Positions 12,061 to 23,990 of a DNA stretch of 64,000 bases are shown here, piece after piece. The notes under the pieces are model-generated. The model did no database searches. It saw only the letters and a program-made list of their open reading frames with translations, and had not been told where the DNA came from. The number at the start of each line of letters is the position of its first letter. Position 1 is the first letter of the stretch. The stretch covers positions 35,216,001 to 35,280,000 of the forward strand of contig JAGIQG010000013.1 of the NCBI GenBank assembly GCA_024679065.1. The letters are read 5' to 3'. A program made the position numbers and the translations under genes. The stretch comes from Sphyrna mokarran (lineage: Eukaryota).

Positions 12061-12591
12061 CAAAGGGAAATGATCAGGCAGGGGATAAGGGGGTCAGTAT
12101 GTTGAGGGGATAGGGCAATGTCACTGCAGGCCAGGAGGAAACATTATCCGGTCTGGGAGGAACGTCGCAGGGGAGCAGCATTCTATCAAAAAATACTACA
12201 ACCACTGCAAACTGATGAATAATCCCATGTCACTTATTATAGTTTCTTCTTGCAGTTCTAAACACAATGTTTCTTCACTGTTTGGACTCTTTCTGGATGT
12301 CCAGCCTTTGTGCACATCTCCCTGGTCTCACTGAAATGAATACCAAAGATGCAAAATGTTGTTTGCTCAGGATTACCTATTTGGGTTCATGAGTATTTGC
12401 TGTACCCAGTTTGCATTTCCAGGTTAGATCCCTTGGGCAATGTGCATCACATTGACAGCAAGTAGCACATTGGGATAGGATTGCACAATGAGGCAGGTGG
12501 TACAACAGGGCAGGGTACTCTATGAAATCCATTTCTGCTTGGATTTGAAATATATGCTGTAATATTTTATGTTTCTATCAAGCATGTAACA

Positions 12592-12955
12592 TCAAAACAT
12601 AGAAAATAGGAGCACAAGGATGCCAGTCGGTTCTTCAGGCTTGTTCTGCCATTTATTATGATCATAGCTCAACAGCCTGATTCTGCCTTCCCTTCCACAT
12701 TCTTTGAACCCTTTAACCCCAAGAGCTATATCTAACTCCTTCTTGAAAATATTCACTGTTTTGGCCTCAACTACTTTCTGTGATAGTGATTTCCACAGGC
12801 TGAGCACTCTCTGGGTGAAGAAATCTCTCCTCATTGCCATCCTAAACTGCCTACCCTGTAGCCTTAGATCCATTTCTGGACGTCCCCCCACCATCAGGAA
12901 CATCCTTCGTGCATCTACCCTGTCCAGTCCTGTTATAATTTTTTAGGTTTCAACG
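12592..12955 (-). mobile_element. CR1 LINE 3' fragment
   Basis: MRRDFFTQRVLSLWKSLSQKVVEAK; tail ...ttttctatgttttg. Confidence 0.9.
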
Positions 12956-13494
12956 AGCTGATAATTGGAACCTGGGTGAATTGGGTAAACAACTGCACAT
13001 CTCCTTATTCCATTTGATTGAAGGGTTATGAAAAGCAATGCAAATTAACAGTGGATAAATTCAATCCCAAATCAGTACAGAAAGAAAACTAAATGAGGGG
13101 GAAAGAAAGATTGGATTAAAAGGGAGATTGAAAAAGTGACAAGGAAAAAGCAAGAACATGTTTGATTTACAATGTTGCATCTTCAAAATCGCAATCAATT
13201 AAAACCTGAAAGAATGAGGCTTTATGCTTGTAATAGTTCAATTTTCAATGGCAGATAAGTTGTTCAGCTGTAATTAAAACATATCACATTGTTAAAAAAT
13301 CCTTAAACTGACAACGACAAGATTTAACTTTAGTTTGCATCTACTGTACATGCATAACAATTTCAAGTCATTCATTGCATTTGAATAGTGAGGCCAATAG
13401 ATGTTTTTTTTAATGAAACTAACTGGAAAGATACAACTGAGACAATAACTTTTGGATTTCTGTTTCAAACTCCAACTCCGCTCCAACTTAATTT

Positions 13495-14340
13495 TCAAGT
13501 TTGCTGATGATATACCATTATAATGGGTCAGATCTCAAACAACGACTAGACGGAATATAGGAAATAGACAGAGAATCAGATGAACTGGTGCAATGAAAAT
13601 AATCTCTCCTTCAGTGTCAGTAAAATGAAGGAGATAGTTATCGACTTCAAGAAGCATAGTGAGGACATGCCTTTGTCTACATCATTGGTGATGATGTGGA
13701 GATAGTCAAGAGCTTCAAGTTTCTAGGTTTTCAGCACCTACAATCACCTACAATCTGTCCTGATCCCTCCTTGCACACACTATGTTTAAGAAAGCCTACC
13801 AACACCTCTACTTTCTCAAAGCCAAAGGAAATTTGGCATGTCCACTTTAACACAATTTTTATAGATGCACTTTAGAAAACATCCTATTCAGACGTATCAC
13901 AGCTTGGTATAACTCCTCCTCTGACCAAGACTGCCAGAAACTACAAAGGGTTGTGAACAAAGCCCAGTTCATCATGCAAACCTGCTTCCCATCCAATGAC
14001 TCGGTCTACACTTCCTGCTGTCTCAGGAAAGCAGCCAGCATAACCAAGGACCTCACGCATCCTGGACATACTTTCTTCCATCTTCTTCCATTGGGAAAAA
14101 GATACAAGAGTCTGAAAATATGTTCCTACAGACTTCTTCCTTGCTGTCATTAGACTTTTGAATGGTCCTATCATATATTAAGCGGACCTTTCTCTTTATT
14201 CTACCTGCAACTGCAACGCAATATCCTGCACTCTATTCTTTCCTTCTCCCTTATGTATTCTATGGATGTTATATTTTGACTGTATGTGTGCAAGAAACAA
14301 TACTTTCCACTGTACCCCAATACATGTGACAATAAAAAAA
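13495..14340 (+). mobile_element. Rex1/Babar-clade LINE, 5'-truncated, decayed
   Basis: KFADD..., WCNENNLSFSVSKMKEIVIDFKK, KLQRVVNKAQ, HPGHTFFHLLPLGKRYKSL; tail catgtgacaataaaaaaa. Confidence 0.85.
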
Positions 14341-15193
14341 GCAATCAGCATCTAACATTTTCTGAAGCTGGTATAATTTTTGCACATAGTAGTGAAAACT
14401 GCTATCCTCATGATTATTTTGACAGCAAAGTATGGACCTTTAAGACATGCTAGAAATATATTTTTTTAAATGATTAAATCAGGTCATCAGTAATGGGATG
14501 CACCAAGTGCAGGCCCAGTATAAGAAAATAAATATCCAAGGGGAAAATTAAAATTAGAAGCGTCAAGTTTTTAATTGAGATGATCTTTGTCGATTATGTG
14601 AACTGCTTCTAGGGATCCAGGTCAGTCAAATAGTGAAATCAATGTGACAATTAATGTTGCTCAGTTTTTACACAGAACTGATAAATCCTAATGCGGTCCT
14701 TCCAAGCTGCATTAAATGAATCCATTCTTTTATCCACACAACACTGCCTTTTCTCTTAAACTTTTATTAACTTGGAGCAGGTAGTCCAAATAGGGCTACC
14801 CATCAGTTGCAGAACTGATCTGCAATAAAATACTAGAATTAGTAGAAATGTGTTTGATTTCCCAGCGGTGAACTGCTCAGAATTCCTGCATTCCAATGTA
14901 ATAATCCTATAGTAGCTCGGGTCAGGTGTGCATCTATTTATCCATCAATCTCCATCCCTGATAAGATGTTTAGTGTATGATTATCTGCTGACTTCCCCTG
15001 CACTTGCTTGCTAGCCAACTTCTAGCAGAAAAAAACGCAACAATCCAGTGGCAACAGGAAATTGAAGTAACATTAAATACTTAAAAGCTCTGACTGGAAA
15101 TATTAGCTTAGTTAAATTAATCATTTAGATTTAAAAGTTTATATCGCAACTGAAAGTTTAGCAGAAGACAAGCCATATGGCCGTCTGAAAGAA

Positions 15194-15569
15194 GATACGA
15201 GATGCTGGCATTGGACTGGGGTAAACACAGTAAAAAGTCTCACAACACCAGGTTAAAGTCCAACTGGCTTATTTGGCAGCACTATCTTTCAGAATCTCAA
15301 GCTCCTTCATTATGTGAGTGAGGACTTGTGTTCACAAACAGGGCATATAAAGACACAAACTCAATTTATAAGATATCTTCTTGTAACTCTTGACTCGCCT
15401 GTAACTCACCTCTTGACTCTGCTAGAACCTGTAAACTCTTGCGTTTCAACCATTATCTTGTAAATTGAGTTTGTGAACACAAGTCCTCACTCACTTGATG
15501 AAGGAGCTTGAGACTCCGAAAGCTAGTGCTGTCAAATAAACCTGCTGGACTTTAACCTGGTGTTGTGAG
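15194..15569. mobile_element. Penelope-derived non-autonomous insertion with long inverted arms
   Basis: 15239-15375 is the reverse complement of 15454-15569 apart from a ~22-nt gap; each arm holds a hammerhead-like motif. Confidence 0.85.
15492..15528 (+). ncRNA. Minimal hammerhead ribozyme motif (C3>T variant)
   Basis: CAC-TTGATGA-A-GGAG(cttgaga)CTCC-GAAA-GC-TA-GTG: stem I CAC/GTG, stem II GGAG/CTCC, palindromic AGCT in place of stem III. Confidence 0.7.
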
Positions 15570-15950
15570 GCATCTGTAAGAATGCCAGACCCTGCAGAAC
15601 TGAAACTCTAATATTGGTCATTAAATCAGACTAGGAGGAAGCACGTCCTGAGATTAGTCAGAAGTTAAGAGCACAACAGTGCCTCGGTTCATCCCCCACA
15701 TTGTCCCCCTACCCCACCTCCCTCCCCAGCCCACCATGGAAGATCAATTAATAATCTACAGATTTATCTTATTCCTTCTCTAGAATTCAGTTTTGGTCTT
15801 TGGGAAACAGCTGGAAATGAAACAAATGATCACAAAAGTGCTGTAGATGCTGAACATCTGAAATGAAAATGTCCTTGACAAATACTAGACCTGCTGAGTT
15901 TACCCAGTATTTTCTGTTTTTACTATCTATGTATGACCACTCTGATGGTT

Positions 15951-16114
15951 AGAACTCAGTAAGAATTTAGCAACACCAAGGCATTTGCCTGACAAAGACA
16001 CAGTGTCGAAAGCTTGCAATTTTACTATCAAATAAATCGGTTGGATTTAAAATTCGTGTTGCTAAATTCTTACTGAGTTCTTACTACCCCAGTCCAACGC
16101 CGGCATCTCGACAT
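15951..16114 (+). mobile_element. 164-bp Penelope-derived mini-element with 13-bp TSD
   Basis: TSD cactctgatggtt at 15938-15950 and 16115-16127; perfect 26-bp inverted repeat 15951-15976/16056-16081; tail ccccagtccaacgccggcatctcgacat. Confidence 0.9.
15985..16019 (+). ncRNA. Minimal hammerhead ribozyme motif (G8>A variant)
   Basis: TTGC-CTGACAA-A-GACA(cag)TGTC-GAAA-GC-TT-GCAA: stem I TTGC/GCAA, stem II GACA/TGTC, AAGCTT palindrome. Confidence 0.72.
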
Positions 16115-16859
16115 CACTCTGATGGTTGCCAAGGACTTTTCAACAATGCGAGACATTATGTATTGAATCTCAGTGGCCATCCCAATAGTGTTGCACATTG
16201 CTCCAGACATTCTCTGTCCAGTTTGTGCTTCAATTTCTAAACCCAAAGCTTTCCTCTTTCCAGGTTATTTCCACCCTGGTCTCTTTCCCACCAGTGTTTA
16301 TCTCCCTGCCCACTCTTTCACAGTCCACACTAAACTGACAGTGTCCTTCCTGTCTCATCAATAAAATACTGTTAACCTTGGAAAGAAAGGAAAATGATCA
16401 CATAAAAATAAGTAAATGTTTTATTTTAATATACATTTTTACAAAATTTAAGTTTGCATGTGAACCCCTATTTCTTCATAGGGATATATTAATGCCAGTT
16501 TCCAGCTGATGTTACTTTTAACAGTTTCCTCAATATTTATTTCACAAATCACAGTGCAAACTCCTTTCCAGATCTGTGTCCAGACCGTCCTGACTTTAAT
16601 GCTTCTTCCAAGATTCCTGGCACATGAATCCCAGCTTTTACTCTCTGAGGTCACAGCTTTCCCATTTGTCTCTCACTCACATGTTGTGTATCAATCTGTG
16701 GATGTACTAATACCAGTTGAGGGAATGACTCCGAGTACTAGAGCAACGGAAAGTCCACACAGTCTAGGGCAAAAATTCATTCTACCTTAAATGCAAGCTC
16801 TGCTATATATCACCTTACCCTCCATCCTGCCTCTTCTTAAAGCAAATATGCATGAGAGA

Positions 16860-17300
16860 TGAGAATGGCTTGTGGGACAAGGAATGTGAGTAATGTGATA
16901 GATTGGCAAAACTGTAGGCCTGTCTCCTTGAAGAAGATAAGTTTAAGAGGAGATTTGATAGAGATGTTCAAAATCGTGAGGGTCATGCCACAGTCGATTG
17001 GAGAAATTGCTTCCATTGACAGTAGGATCCAGAAATAGAAGATTTGAGATTTTGTCAAATAAAGTAATGATAACATAAAGAAAACTATTTTTAAGTAGCA
17101 AGTTGTTAGGATTTGAAATACACAGCCTGGGATTGTGGTGGAGGCAGATTCAATCGTGATTTTCAAAAGAGAATTAAACAATTATGTGAAGAGAAAAGAT
17201 GTTCAGGGCCAAAGGGAAAAAACAGAAGATGAGGGCCAGGTGAGTGGCAGAAAGATGGGCTGAATGGCTTCCTTCTGTTACTATAATCACTCTCTGATTC
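16860..17300 (+). mobile_element. Old CR1 3' fragment
   Basis: Decayed [12 protein letters not shown] and VVEADSI motifs plus a tail like gatgggctgaatggcttccttctgt. Confidence 0.75.
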
Positions 17301-18244
17301 TAGGGTCATTTAGATGTCAATTTGAAGATTGCAGAAATACAGATTGATGTCCATCCTTAGCAGTTCAATGAACTTTCCCAAGGAGTAGCTGTGCCACACA
17401 TAACAGAAAGACCCTAGGCTGTACCTTTAGTTAATGCCCAATTAGTAGTTGGCAGTAAATTAGCCTTAATATCTGTCTAAATAAAACCAGCTAGACAACT
17501 GTCATGACCGTGATCCCTCTGAAGTCAAACAGTCATCAATATTCACTGTCGAAGCTCACACATAACTAATGGAAATGTTACTGAAGGTTGTCTTTGAAAC
17601 TGTGTTGCAAGAAATAGTTAAAGCTCACAGTGAGAACATTAGCAAGTCATTTTAAAAGGTAGAGGAAAGAAGTGCCATTTTTTGGAATTCCATTTTTGCA
17701 CTTTTGTTGAGAATGTGGTGAACACAGGAATTTCAATACAAGCTGGAAAACTGCATCACCCAAAGCTATTATTGTGATTTCTATGACTTATGAAGGGACA
17801 GTTGGGCAGGAATTGAACAGCAAGGGCAGTAAGTGGCCCACAGTGACCGCCCCTACCCAACCACCACCACCAATAAACCCTTTCGAAATTAGTCCCTCAA
17901 TCAGGCACTGAGTGTCTTTGAAAGAGGGGCCTGTCTAGGAGCTCATAACAGGCTTTATTTTGTTTCCCACATAGAGTCCCTACCTAGGCTTGGATGAATA
18001 CCAGTGGTGATGGTTGAGGCCCTTAAATGAGCATGAAGGATCTCATTTGGTGGCTGGCAGGAGAATGTCCATAGCCTTAATTGGGGCAAAGTTGAAATGG
18101 TGGCAATGTCTCTATTTGCTACTCTCACTCCTGATTAAATGCACTCTCTGCCACCAAACTCGCCATTGAGAAAAACACTAAGTTTGCCCATAAGATGTAA
18201 TTTGTTAAGTTGATATGAGCCATTTTGGTATAGAAGCAGGGGCA

Positions 18245-18690
18245 GAAACCTAATTGAAGGGAATGAAACACAGAGTTGAGGGAAAGATGAGCGTGGATTT
18301 GCGAGGCACAACATGTTCAAGGACTTGGGGAGAAAAGAGAGGTCGGAGATGTGGGGTGGTTTGCAAGGATGATGGCGAAGTCAAGGGTCCATTTTTAAGA
18401 AGAGTAATTAATGGCAGATTCGAAGGTAATTGGGACTGTTCCTGAAGAGTTAGCACCTCAAAAACAACTAACATAAAGAGCAGGAAGGGAATTTTGATAT
18501 TAGCGATTTTGTGCAAATAGGGTTGAGGAAGGTGAATCTTGTGGATCAGATGAGTTCGGATAGAAGAGAAAGTAGAGCAAGACATGAGCTCAGGGCTTGC
18601 GCAGAGGGGGATCTTTAGAGGAAGTTTGGCCGGATAGGCTAGTGGAAGAGAGATGGTAAAAGCAGCAGATCAGATGTTCTGAAGTTTAAT
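18245..18690 (-). mobile_element. L2-clade LINE RT fragment
   Basis: Minus strand ...ITLLKNGPLT / PHLRPLFSPQVLEHVV are frameshifted remnants of ITPLLKKPTLD-NYRPISNLPFLSKVLE. Confidence 0.65.
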
Positions 18691-18699
18691 GAAGTCCAA

Positions 18700-18935
18700 A
18701 ACCATAGAACCATAAAGTGCAGAGAGAGGCCCTTTGGCCCATCGAGTCTGCACTGACCACAATCCCACCCAGTCCCTACCCCCATATCCCTATATATTTT
18801 ACCTGCTAATTCCTCTACCTACGCATCTTAGAACACTAAAGGGCAATTTTTTTAGTGTGGCCAATCAATCTAACCCGTATATCTTTGGATTGTGGGAGGA
18901 AACTGGATGACCCGGAGGAAACCCACGCAGACACA
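18700..18935 (-). mobile_element. HE1-like V-SINE, 3' part
   Basis: V-domain (gtgtctgcgtgggtttcctccggg) and CR1-type tail on the minus strand. Confidence 0.85.
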
Positions 18936-19679
18936 AATTCTTTGAACTTGCTACACTATGATGTCACTGAGACTGAAGTGGTTTCAATGTGTAAAACTGA
19001 TTATAATTGATTAGAAATGTAAAGTAAAAGTATTTCACAGTAACTTTCAACTCTACTTCTTGAAAGAGATGATTATCCAATTGAAGTGAAAAGCAGTGCA
19101 CCAGCATTTCCCCTTGGGAAGTGTATTAAATTAATCCATATATACATAAGGGATTGCAAAAGTTGAAATAATAACTTGCCACCATTCCCTGCTATTTGCA
19201 TACTATGCTCTGACTCCATTAGTGTTCAGCTTAAGTGCCTTTCTGTAGTCCCTTTAGGGATCAGAACTAAAACTCAACAGAGTTTTAGTTGGAAACACTA
19301 ATGACTTATATTGTCAAGACTAAAGCAAGATCCTGCCCCCGAGTGAGGGAGGAATTAAACAAAGCACTGCGTCCATTGTTCTGCTGAACATAACTGGGGA
19401 AAATGATACATGCTAATAAGTGTTAGGTAACCTGATCTTAGGTAGAATGATGATCTGTATGGAAATTGCAAATTCAATATTTAATAGTTTATAAATAATT
19501 TATAAGATATGAAAAAATATTTTTAATTAAATGTTCAATTCAGATTCTATTTTAATTTAGAACAGAAACTGTGAGTAACTCCCAGCAGGAGAGGCTACAG
19601 CTGTGGAGATGGCAGACAAGTTAGTATTTTGGGTACAAATCCATCATGAGAACCGGAAGCTACTACAGATAAACAACAT

Positions 19680-20080
19680 TGGCAGCACTCTTGCCTTTTG
19701 TATCAGATGGTTGTGGGTTCAAGTCCACTCCTGAAGGTTAAACATGTAATCTAAGTTGACATTTCAGTTCAATTTGAGGGAGTGCTGGAGCCATCTTTTA
19801 GCTGAGATGTTAAACTGCGATCTATCTATCCTCTCAAGTGGATAGAATAGATTCCATGGCACCATTCATAAAGTAAGAAGTCTCACAAATTAAAGTCTAA
19901 CAGGTTTATTTGGTAGCAAAAGCCATTCACAGAGGAACAGGAGACTACTCCCAATGACCTAGTCAATATTTATCGCTCACCCTCTGCCCAAAATAGATAC
20001 TATGGTCGTTAACTTATTTCAGTCAGTAGGAACTTTTTATATGCAAATTAGCTTGTAATTTCCTAAATTACAACAGTTAT
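19680..20080 (+). mobile_element. Deu-domain SINE (SacSINE1/AmnSINE-like), decayed
   Basis: ggcagcactcttgcc...ggttgtgggttcaagtcc head, gagatgttaaac, aatatttatc, tgcaaattagct...attacaacagt; second copy at 30110-30480. Confidence 0.7.
19869..19922 (-). mobile_element. Penelope terminal-repeat micro-fragment inserted in the Deu-SINE
   Basis: gtaagaagtctcacaa...ttaaagtctaacaggtttatttggtagc, flanked by duplicated ccattca (19862-19868, 19923-19929). Confidence 0.7.
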
Positions 20081-20101
20081 GTCATCATGTCCTGTGTGTT
20101 T

Positions 20102-20163
20102 AGATATTAAACTGATAAGAACAGATACCACACTTGATTTTAGCCAAAAGGCCAAGAAGCAAA
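20102..20163 (-). pseudogene. 3'-truncated U2 snRNA retrocopy (U2 nt ~1-62)
   Basis: Minus strand tttgcttcttggccttttggctaaaatcaagtgtggtatctgttcttatcagtttaatatct vs U2 ATCGCTTCTCGGCCTTTTGGCTAAGATCAAGTGTAGTATCTGTTCTTATCAGTTTAATATCT. Confidence 0.93.
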
Positions 20164-20231
20164 GGATTAACTTCAGAAGCACATGATGCTGATGTAATCA
20201 TGAAACAATGATATAATCCTTACTAACAGAG

Positions 20232-20535
20232 ATCATAGAATCGCTGCAGTGTAGATGGCCATTCGGCTCATCTAATCTGCACCGACAACAATCCCACCCA
20301 GGCCCCTTATCCCTGTAATGCCCCGTATTTACCCCGCTAGTCTCCTTGATGCTAAAGGTCAATTTAGTATGATCAACCCAATTAAAGCGCACATCTTTAG
20401 ATAATGGTGTACCTGGAGGAAACAAAGACACAGGGAGAATGTGCAAACTCCACATAGGTAGTCACCCGAGCCCGGAATTGAACCTGGGTCCCTAGCACTG
20501 CGAGGCAGCAGTGCTAATTACTGTGCTGCCATGCT
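20232..20535 (-). mobile_element. HE1-like V-SINE
   Basis: Head, V-domain and tail on the minus strand. Confidence 0.85.
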
Positions 20536-21099
20536 GCTGCCCCGATCTGGAGGATGGAGAAGTCCAAACTTGTGCAGACTTCCTAAGATGTAAGATGTAA
20601 GAGAGCTGAAAATAAATAATAATGGTTTGCATAGCTTACTTAGGGAAAATAAGCCAACCTCAAAGAACCCCATCTAGACCCTGAACACAGGACAAAACAG
20701 TATGTACTGCCTGAAGGCAGGTTTGTGGCTCACTGTCTGCTGGTGCTCTATCCTAGGCTGTTTTTATGGCAGTTTTTGCCAATGGTGTTTTGACAATGCT
20801 TTCCACTCTTAAGGCCAGAGTGAGGAGGCAGGTCCCAGACCGGCTCAGCTGGCATGGGAATTGAACTCACTCTGTTACCATTAATCTAAATTACATATGG
20901 GCGATGTAACCAAGCGAGCTAACTGACTCCCATTACAATGATAAAAATAATCAAATTAAGGGAAAAATTAAATAATAACCATAGTAAGACCACACAAGAA
21001 GGAAATGAAATGGTGTAACTTGGAAAGCACTCAGGTTGAAAACTGCTACAATAAAATGGAAGTAACATAAGCATAAGAGTTGCATGTTCTTGATTTTGA

Positions 21100-21545
21100 G
21101 GGACAGCAGTGAAAGTTCACCAGCCTGATGGCAGGAATGATGTATGAGGAGAGATTGACTAGGTTAGGATTATTTTCACTAGAGTTCAGACAAATGAGAT
21201 GGGGGAATCATATAAAAACATATAAAATGCAGGGAAGATGTTCCTGATGGCGGGAGTGCCCAGATTTAGGGTAGACCATTTAGGACAAAGATGAGGAGAC
21301 AGTTCTTCACCCAAAGAATGGTGAGCTTGTGGAATTCATTACCACAGGAACTGGTTGATGCCAAAATTGAACATATTCCGGAGACCGCTGGACATAGCAC
21401 TTGGGGTGAATGGGATCAAAGATTATGGGGAAAAAGCAGGATTAGGCTACTGAGTTGGACGATCAACTATGATTGTGATGAATGGTGGAGCAGGTTCGAA
21501 GGACCAAATGGCCGCCACCTACTCCTTTTTTCTATGTTTCTCTGT
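21100..21545 (+). mobile_element. CR1 3' fragment, decayed
   Basis: MRRQFFTQRMVSLWNSLPQELVDAK; tail ttctatgtttctctgt. Confidence 0.85.
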
Positions 21546-21859
21546 ATACAAGACACAAACATTGTGAATGTTACATGACAGAAAAGTATTGCTGAAACTG
21601 AAAAGAAGAATCTACAAGTCAGATATGGAGACCGGTCTTGTTTTTTAATACAGAAACTCGGGCAACATCAGGAAAACAGGAACAATAATTGAATACTTCT
21701 AAGATGTGAAAGAGGTATGAAGTAACGCAAAAGGACAAAATCAGGAATCAGCACATCAAGAAATTAGTGATGGCCATGGGAGCATTGAAGAAAGTAGCAT
21801 AGAAAAAGTGGAAATGGTATGGTCAATGTCGCAGGAGATAGAGAGAGGAAATGTGGTAA

Positions 21860-22095
21860 TAGAACATAGAACATTTCAGCGTAGAACAGGCCCTTCAGCC
21901 TTCGATGTTGCGCCGACCAATTAGGAAAAAGCAATGACCCTCTAACCTAAACCATTCCCTTTTCGTCCATAAACTTATCTACTAACCTCTTAAACGCCAC
22001 CAAACTTGGCGCATCTACAACTGCAGCAGGCAGGGCATTCCATACCCTTACCACCCTTTGGGTAAAGAACCTACCTCTGACATCCGTCCTATAAG
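21860..22095 (-). mobile_element. CR1 3' end
   Basis: Reverse complement of the 3' end of the CR1 at 23991-26393, with an (agaacat)n tail. Confidence 0.85.
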
Positions 22096-23990
22096 GTGAG
22101 TGAAAGAGATGAGAGTGACAGGGACAAGGAAAATCTAAGACCAGATGAAAGGATGCAGTGGTGAGAGATGCGGAGAAGGGTGAAGAACCAGCATCGTGGT
22201 GACCATTGTAAATTGGGAGAAGACAACAAATAGTGCGTGGCTAGCTGAAAGGGTAAGGTTAGCATGATGGAAAGGCAACAATGCCCCAAGAGCCTGGCAG
22301 AAAAAAAAAGGCAGGTTAACATGAAAGAGTAGTTTGCACTTTCACTATTAGGGCAATAAACCTGTGAGATGAAGCAGCTGCCTATTAGAACTGCTGCCCA
22401 ATTTCCATTTCCATTCTTCTATCAGGCTCATGGTTGCTGCAACTTGTTCAATTTGCCAGTTTTTTATGCTGTTCTTTTCGGCAGTCTAACCTCACCTCAT
22501 TAGCAACTCATATTTTCACTATACCTTACGTGCCTCTTAGTTCTTTATTCCCTGTTTGCTACTTGAGCAATTTAGAAGCTATTTCTTTCCCTGTGCCTAT
22601 GTGCTTACATTTTTAATTCTTTCAACTTTCCTTTGCTTTGTTCCCTTTGAAATACTCCTTATCTGTAATAGATCTCTGGTAGGAATATATTCTTCTGCCT
22701 CCATTAGGCTTATGGCTAAAGCAGATTCTGGTCCAGTTTTGCCTAGTGAGAGGACTCCAGGCAATCCCAAGTTGATGCTATCAGAGGAAAGACCAGATAT
22801 AAAAGGGCTTCTTGCCCAATTTCCCCTCCTCACCACACACAGCAAAGAAGAAAAGATACATCCATGTCTCTTAAGCAACAGCTTTATTATTTTGAGGAAA
22901 TTTTGGGGGAGTAGGAATAATTAGATAGTCCTTGCAATCAGCCAGCCCAGGACTGGCTTCCACCATCACTATATCACTTTATGATTTTTACCTTTTCATC
23001 ACAGAAGAGTGTCATATTTGTGAGCAAGGAAGGCTGTTGCATAATGTCAAGGATCATCCTTGGCTTGTGATAGCTAACCATATAAAACAAAAGACCTTAA
23101 ATTTCATTGAGTTTGTGCCAATTTAACTGGCACAATTAAATGTGCCAGTTCAAAATTGAACTCAATGATAGTGATTTGTGTAATAATCTTGTCAAGGTCA
23201 GTCTTTCATCACCACATTCATAACATGTTTGGAGTACCACTTCTGCGGTTACAATGTACAGATCGAATCCTGCAGTTCTTTGACTACCAGCCTGAGCAGA
23301 ACCAGTTTAGTTTTTTCTCAGCATAATTGACAATCAAATTTTATTTACAAAATGGAGCATAACAAATGTTTGCTTCTTCCAAGTGAAGACAGTAGAAAGT
23401 TGTTTTTTACTGCTCTTTCCCTAATGGGTGAGCCTCCACTCACTTAGTAGGGGAGCTGGTATTCTACGAGGCCCAGGGGGACATCTATGGACGATCCTCT
23501 GTAGCCATCATAACAAGTTGGGAGAGGAGAAATCCAGTTTGAGATCCTGCTCCTGATTATAATCCCATGATTCCCACTAATAAACATGCATTTGAGTTAG
23601 CTGTTCCCTGTGAAATACAGGGGAATGCTGAATCGTAAGATAATCCATGTCTGCTGGCATTCACTGTGTGGGTTTAACGGTAATTAGTAGGACATTGAGT
23701 GAGAAAAGAAAGATTACCAGTCCTCACAACAAGGGAAGCGAATTACAAAGCTAGTTCCTACTGCACAGGGAATTCTTGTAACTTTTGTAATGTTTCCAGC
23801 TTCTGTCCTACCTTTTATTGATAATTTTGAAAATGCTAAGCTGACTCCAGGTCAGCTTTTAAAAATGTTCACCTAAAACAACATTTTCAAAGACACAAAT
23901 TCTGAAATGTGGCTCTTGGGGTTTCCTTTAGATTTGTGTTCCTTTATTCCCCCCAAAAGCTTCAGTTGTACTGTATTATATTAACCCACA

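Noticed and set aside
16448-16790. Short ORFs here and at 2300-2967, 22556-22924 and 56985-57215 as missing IGSF3 exons
   Set aside because: No Ig Cys/Trp pattern, no EWI-like motif and no convincing splice signals.
20102-20163. Functional U2 snRNA gene
   Set aside because: Only about one third of U2 is present, there is no Sm site, and the branch-point-pairing motif is mutated.
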